Under the pieces are notes generated by a model. It worked only from the letters and a program-made list of their open reading frames with translations, did no database searches and had not been told where the DNA came from. Below are positions 60,844 through 64,000 of a stretch of 64,000 bases of DNA, piece by piece; within the stretch, counting starts at the first letter, position 1; each line of letters begins with the position of its first letter. The DNA is from Rhodospirillaceae bacterium (GTDB taxonomy: Bacteria > Pseudomonadota > Alphaproteobacteria > Rhodospirillales > Rhodospirillaceae), in assembly GCA_029243545.1 (NCBI GenBank), contig JAQWRV010000029.1, positions 34,295 to 98,294 of the forward strand, read 5' to 3'. The position numbers were made by a program, and so were the translations under genes.

Positions 60844-63147
60844 ATGCAAGGGCTGACCGGCACTGTGAAATTTCGGATACTGGTATTTATCACTGCGGCA
60901 ACATTTTGCTTCGCCTCGGTTTTTGCTCAAGCGCAACCTGCCGATGGTACAATTTCTCAAATTGCTGTTCAGGGTAATCAGCGCATAGAGCCTGCGACCA
61001 TTCGCACTTACATTGCTGTGCAGGAAGGGGATCCGTTTGATCCCATCGCCATTGATCGCTCGCTCAAGAACCTTTTTGCGACGGGCTTGTTTGCTGATGT
61101 CAGTATCGGTCGCCAAGGCGAGATCATGATCATTCGGGTGGTTGAGAACCCAATCATCAACCGTATTACTTTTGAGGGCAACGACCGGCTTGAAAATGAC
61201 AAGCTAGAACCTGAGGTTCAACTAAGACCGCGCGTCGTTTATACACGCACCAAAGTGCAACAAGATGTGGAACGCATCCTTGACGTATACCGCCGGAGCG
61301 GCAGATTTGCCGTTACTGTAGAGCCGAAAGTCATTGAGCTTCCACAGAACCGTGTCGACCTTGTGTTTGAAATCAACGAGGGAGAGCCAACTTATGTGCG
61401 CAAGATTACATTTATAGGCAACGAAGAGTTCTCTGATAGTGACCTGCGTAGCACGGTGCTTACACGGGAAGAGCGCTGGTGGCGCTTCCTAACATCCAAC
61501 GACACTTACGACCCAGATCGACTGGCCTTCGACCAAGAATTGCTGCGCCGGTTTTATTTGTCAGAAGGCTATGCAGACTTTGAAGTAACATCGGCAGTGG
61601 CCGAATTGTCGCCAAACCGGAAAAGTTTTTTCGTTACTATGATGGTGGATGAGGGGCCTCGTTATCGTTTCGGTGAACTCACCGTTGACGTTTCAATTCC
61701 CAACCTGGATTCCAAAGATATCCAAGCCGCAATCGTTCCAAAACGGGGCGACTGGTATAACGCAGAAGAGATTGAGTCGACGATCGACGTCTTTACAGAT
61801 GTCATTGGAGCCTTTGGCTACGCCTTTGTTGATGTCCGACCAAGGGTCTCGCGGAATGCTGAAACGCGCACAATCGATATTATTTTCGATGTTCAAGAAG
61901 GACCACGCGTCTTTGTGGAGAGGGTCGAAATCACCGGGAATGTTCGTACACTTGACAAGGTAATTCGCCGTGAGTTCAGGTTGGTTGAAGGTGATGCGTT
62001 TAATACGGCGAGAATGCGTCGCTCACGTGAACGCCTCCAGAACCTTGGGTATTTTAAGGAAGTCGAGATCGACAATGTACCGTCGGAGGTTTATCCCGAC
62101 CGCACCGTTGTTACGGCAACCGTTGAAGAGCAGTCGACCGGTGAGTTGCAGTTCGGGATTGGTTTCTCGAGTGGCTATGGGGCGCTGTTCGACATCGGTA
62201 TCCGAGAACGGAATTTGCTCGGGAAAGGTCAGGATCTCAGACTTAATTTCAGCCTCGCGCAGCAGCAGACTCAGATTGATATCGGCTTTACTGAGCCATA
62301 CTTTCTAAACCGCCGTCTCGCAGCTGGAGCCGATGTCTTTGCCACCGAGACGGATTACTTGGATGAAGCTGGGTTTATTAGCCAATCCGTTGGCTCTACC
62401 CTTCGCTTAGGATTTAACTACAACGAATACATGTTCCAGCGGGTCAGTTATTTGCTGTCGTGGACCCGTTTGCAGGGCATAAATCAGTTTGCCTCCCAGT
62501 TTGTCCGGGAACAGCAGGGTACGACGACGACGTCGCAGATCAGCCAGACCTTCGCCATTGATAAACGGAACAACGTTATTGAACCCACAGACGGCTATTT
62601 CATTAGTCTTTCCAATGACTTGTCTGGATTAGGGGGGACCGAGAAATATCTGAGATCAAATTTGGCGGTTGGATACTATTATGAGCCGTTTGAAGGGTGG
62701 ATATTTAGTGCTACCGGCAGCGCGGGGCATATAATTGGCATTGGGGAAAGCATCAAAGTATTTCAAAGGTATCAACTTGGTGGTAACAACCTGCGCGGTT
62801 TTGATGACTTTGGAGCTAGCCCACGAGATTCGACGATCGGCGACGCGCTGGGCGGTGACTGGGTAGCGACGGCCAAGGTAGAGATGAAGATACCCCTAGG
62901 GTTGCCGGAAGAAATTGGGATTACGCCTAAGATATTTACCGATTGGGGCAGTATAGGTTCGCCCACCGATCTTAAGGAACGAAGCGGTGATATTCTGCAA
63001 TCGCAAATCATTCGGGGGTCAGTTGGTCTCGGAATTGAATGGGAATCACCCGTTGGCCCGATCAATATTGACTGGGCTCACGTGCTACGCCAAGCAGACT
63101 TCGACATAACGCAAAGTTTTCGTGTGAACTTCGGACAAAGGTTTTAA
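60844..63147 (+). CDS. bamA: outer membrane protein assembly factor BamA
   Basis: Signal peptide, POTRA repeats, and a C-terminal Omp85 barrel ending in F. 767 aa. Confidence 0.95.
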   Translation: MQGLTGTVKFRILVFITAATFCFASVFAQAQPADGTISQIAVQGNQRIEPATIRTYIAVQEGDPFDPIAIDRSLKNLFATGLFADVSIGRQGEIMIIRVVENPIINRITFEGNDRLENDKLEPEVQLRPRVVYTRTKVQQDVERILDVYRRSGRFAVTVEPKVIELPQNRVDLVFEINEGEPTYVRKITFIGNEEFSDSDLRSTVLTREERWWRFLTSNDTYDPDRLAFDQELLRRFYLSEGYADFEVTSAVAELSPNRKSFFVTMMVDEGPRYRFGELTVDVSIPNLDSKDIQAAIVPKRGDWYNAEEIESTIDVFTDVIGAFGYAFVDVRPRVSRNAETRTIDIIFDVQEGPRVFVERVEITGNVRTLDKVIRREFRLVEGDAFNTARMRRSRERLQNLGYFKEVEIDNVPSEVYPDRTVVTATVEEQSTGELQFGIGFSSGYGALFDIGIRERNLLGKGQDLRLNFSLAQQQTQIDIGFTEPYFLNRRLAAGADVFATETDYLDEAGFISQSVGSTLRLGFNYNEYMFQRVSYLLSWTRLQGINQFASQFVREQQGTTTTSQISQTFAIDKRNNVIEPTDGYFISLSNDLSGLGGTEKYLRSNLAVGYYYEPFEGWIFSATGSAGHIIGIGESIKVFQRYQLGGNNLRGFDDFGASPRDSTIGDALGGDWVATAKVEMKIPLGLPEEIGITPKIFTDWGSIGSPTDLKERSGDILQSQIIRGSVGLGIEWESPVGPINIDWAHVLRQADFDITQSFRVNFGQRF

Positions 63148-63151
63148 GACA

Positions 63152-63763
63152 ATGAACAAGACACTGACTTCCCGCTTTATCTCAGCTGTTGCAGGAGTGG
63201 CTGTGGCCGCAACCCTGATTTCAGTGCCTGCCTCCGCGCAGCAAAGCGGTCATACCCGCCCTGTCATTGGCGTGCTCAACACGGAGATAATTGAACGTGA
63301 CTCTCTTGCTGCCAAAGGCGTTCGCTTGGAACGGGACAAGTATATCTCACTCTATCAGCAAGAAATTAAAACGATTGAAGCTGAGTTGAGGGAAGAAGAG
63401 CAACGCCTAACTCAGCAACGTAATGTACTGTCTCCCGAAGTATTTCAGCAGCAGGTTGAAGAGTTTCAAGAAAAGTTTGCCGTTGAGCAGCAGACTTTGC
63501 AGGTCAAGCAGCAGAACCTGCAGGCCGTTTATCAGCAGTCGATGATTGAGATTAATCAGGAAGTTCTGAAGATATCCAGCCAGGTTGCGCAAGAGCGGGG
63601 GATTAATTTGGTTATGGCGCAAAACTTGGTTTTGTTGTCCGATCCGTCAATGGACGTTACTCGGTCGGTTCTAGAACTCTTGAACGAACGCCTTCCTCAG
63701 GTGGCTTTCCAAAATCCCGAAGGGGACGTGGCTCAAGCTGATGGCGAAGCAGCGGCTGATTAA
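63152..63763 (+). CDS. skp: OmpH/Skp family periplasmic chaperone
   Basis: Signal peptide and a Gln/Glu-rich coiled-coil body. Conserved position between bamA and lpxD. Confidence 0.88.
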   Translation: MNKTLTSRFISAVAGVAVAATLISVPASAQQSGHTRPVIGVLNTEIIERDSLAAKGVRLERDKYISLYQQEIKTIEAELREEEQRLTQQRNVLSPEVFQQQVEEFQEKFAVEQQTLQVKQQNLQAVYQQSMIEINQEVLKISSQVAQERGINLVMAQNLVLLSDPSMDVTRSVLELLNERLPQVAFQNPEGDVAQADGEAAAD

Positions 63764-63777
63764 AAGCTGAGCGAGTT

Positions 63778-64000
63778 ATGCCAGACCCCCGGTTCTTTAC
63801 GCGCAAGGGGCCTTTCCGGGTTCGCGAAATTGCAGCTTGGACCGGGGCGGCATCACCAAGCGGATCGGACCTCGACCGATCCGTATCTGATTTATCATAC
63901 CTCAAGAAGGCAGGTCCCAATGACCTGTGTTATCTGTCTGGTCCTGAGCACGCCGCTGCGGCCCAAGCTAGCAAAGCAGGCGCTTGCTTAACAATTGAAT
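63778..64000 (+). CDS. lpxD: UDP-3-O-acylglucosamine N-acyltransferase, 5' partial (runs off window)
   Basis: Manual translation gives MPDPRFFTRKGPFRVREIAAWTGAA...LSYLKKAGPNDLCYLSGP, typical of the LpxD N-terminal domain. Conserved position after skp. Not in the ORF track because there is no stop inside the window. Confidence 0.8.
   Translation, partial: MPDPRFFTRKGPFRVREIAAWTGAASPSGSDLDRSVSDLSYLKKAGPNDLCYLSGPEHAAAAQASKAGACLTIE

Overview
This window is chromosomal and mostly core genome. Gene content and order point to an alphaproteobacterium (inference). The conserved blocks are: tig-clpP-clpX-lon-hup-tRNA-Val; a complete 14-gene nuoA-N operon followed by birA-coaX-rnj-mce; proS-lolCE-lolD-(pcuAC)-dnaE; and rpsB-tsf-pyrH-frr-uppS-cdsA-dxr-rseP-bamA-skp-lpxD. 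I found two tRNAs (Leu-TAG, Val-TAC) and no rRNA, CRISPR array, transposase, integrase or phage genes.

Accessory patches sit between the conserved blocks:
- 0.1-8.5 kb: a co-directional array (cysteine-synthase-like, mercaptopyruvate sulfurtransferase, AhpD-like, modBC), plus an exported VOC protein and dadA.
- 17.6-19.3 kb: nadX-like aspartate dehydrogenase and an orphan ORF.
- 37.5-42.5 kb: gene relics, two tandem TPP enzymes and an orphan TRAP solute-binding protein.
- 49.9-53.1 kb: an exported Rossmann-fold protein, a small ORF, a Tat-signal SAM-methyltransferase and its decayed tandem paralog.

Gene decay recurs at the patch borders. There is an in-frame collapsed cystathionine-beta-lyase-like mini-ORF, two abutting gene fragments (one with an in-frame TGA), and a frameshifted, truncated methyltransferase paralog.

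I do not see a clear-cut new multi-gene system such as a defence, secretion or biosynthetic cluster. The most unusual candidate is the 49.9-53.0 kb locus, where two proteins with cytoplasmic-type cofactor folds carry twin-arginine-type signal peptides.

Other points of note are a DnaA-box cluster directly upstream of dnaE, and a roughly 135-aa Pro/Ala-repeat and Lys/Ala-rich tail on ribosomal protein S2 that contains a perfect hexanucleotide microsatellite.

All family assignments were made by eye from motifs. Relic boundaries and start codons are approximate.
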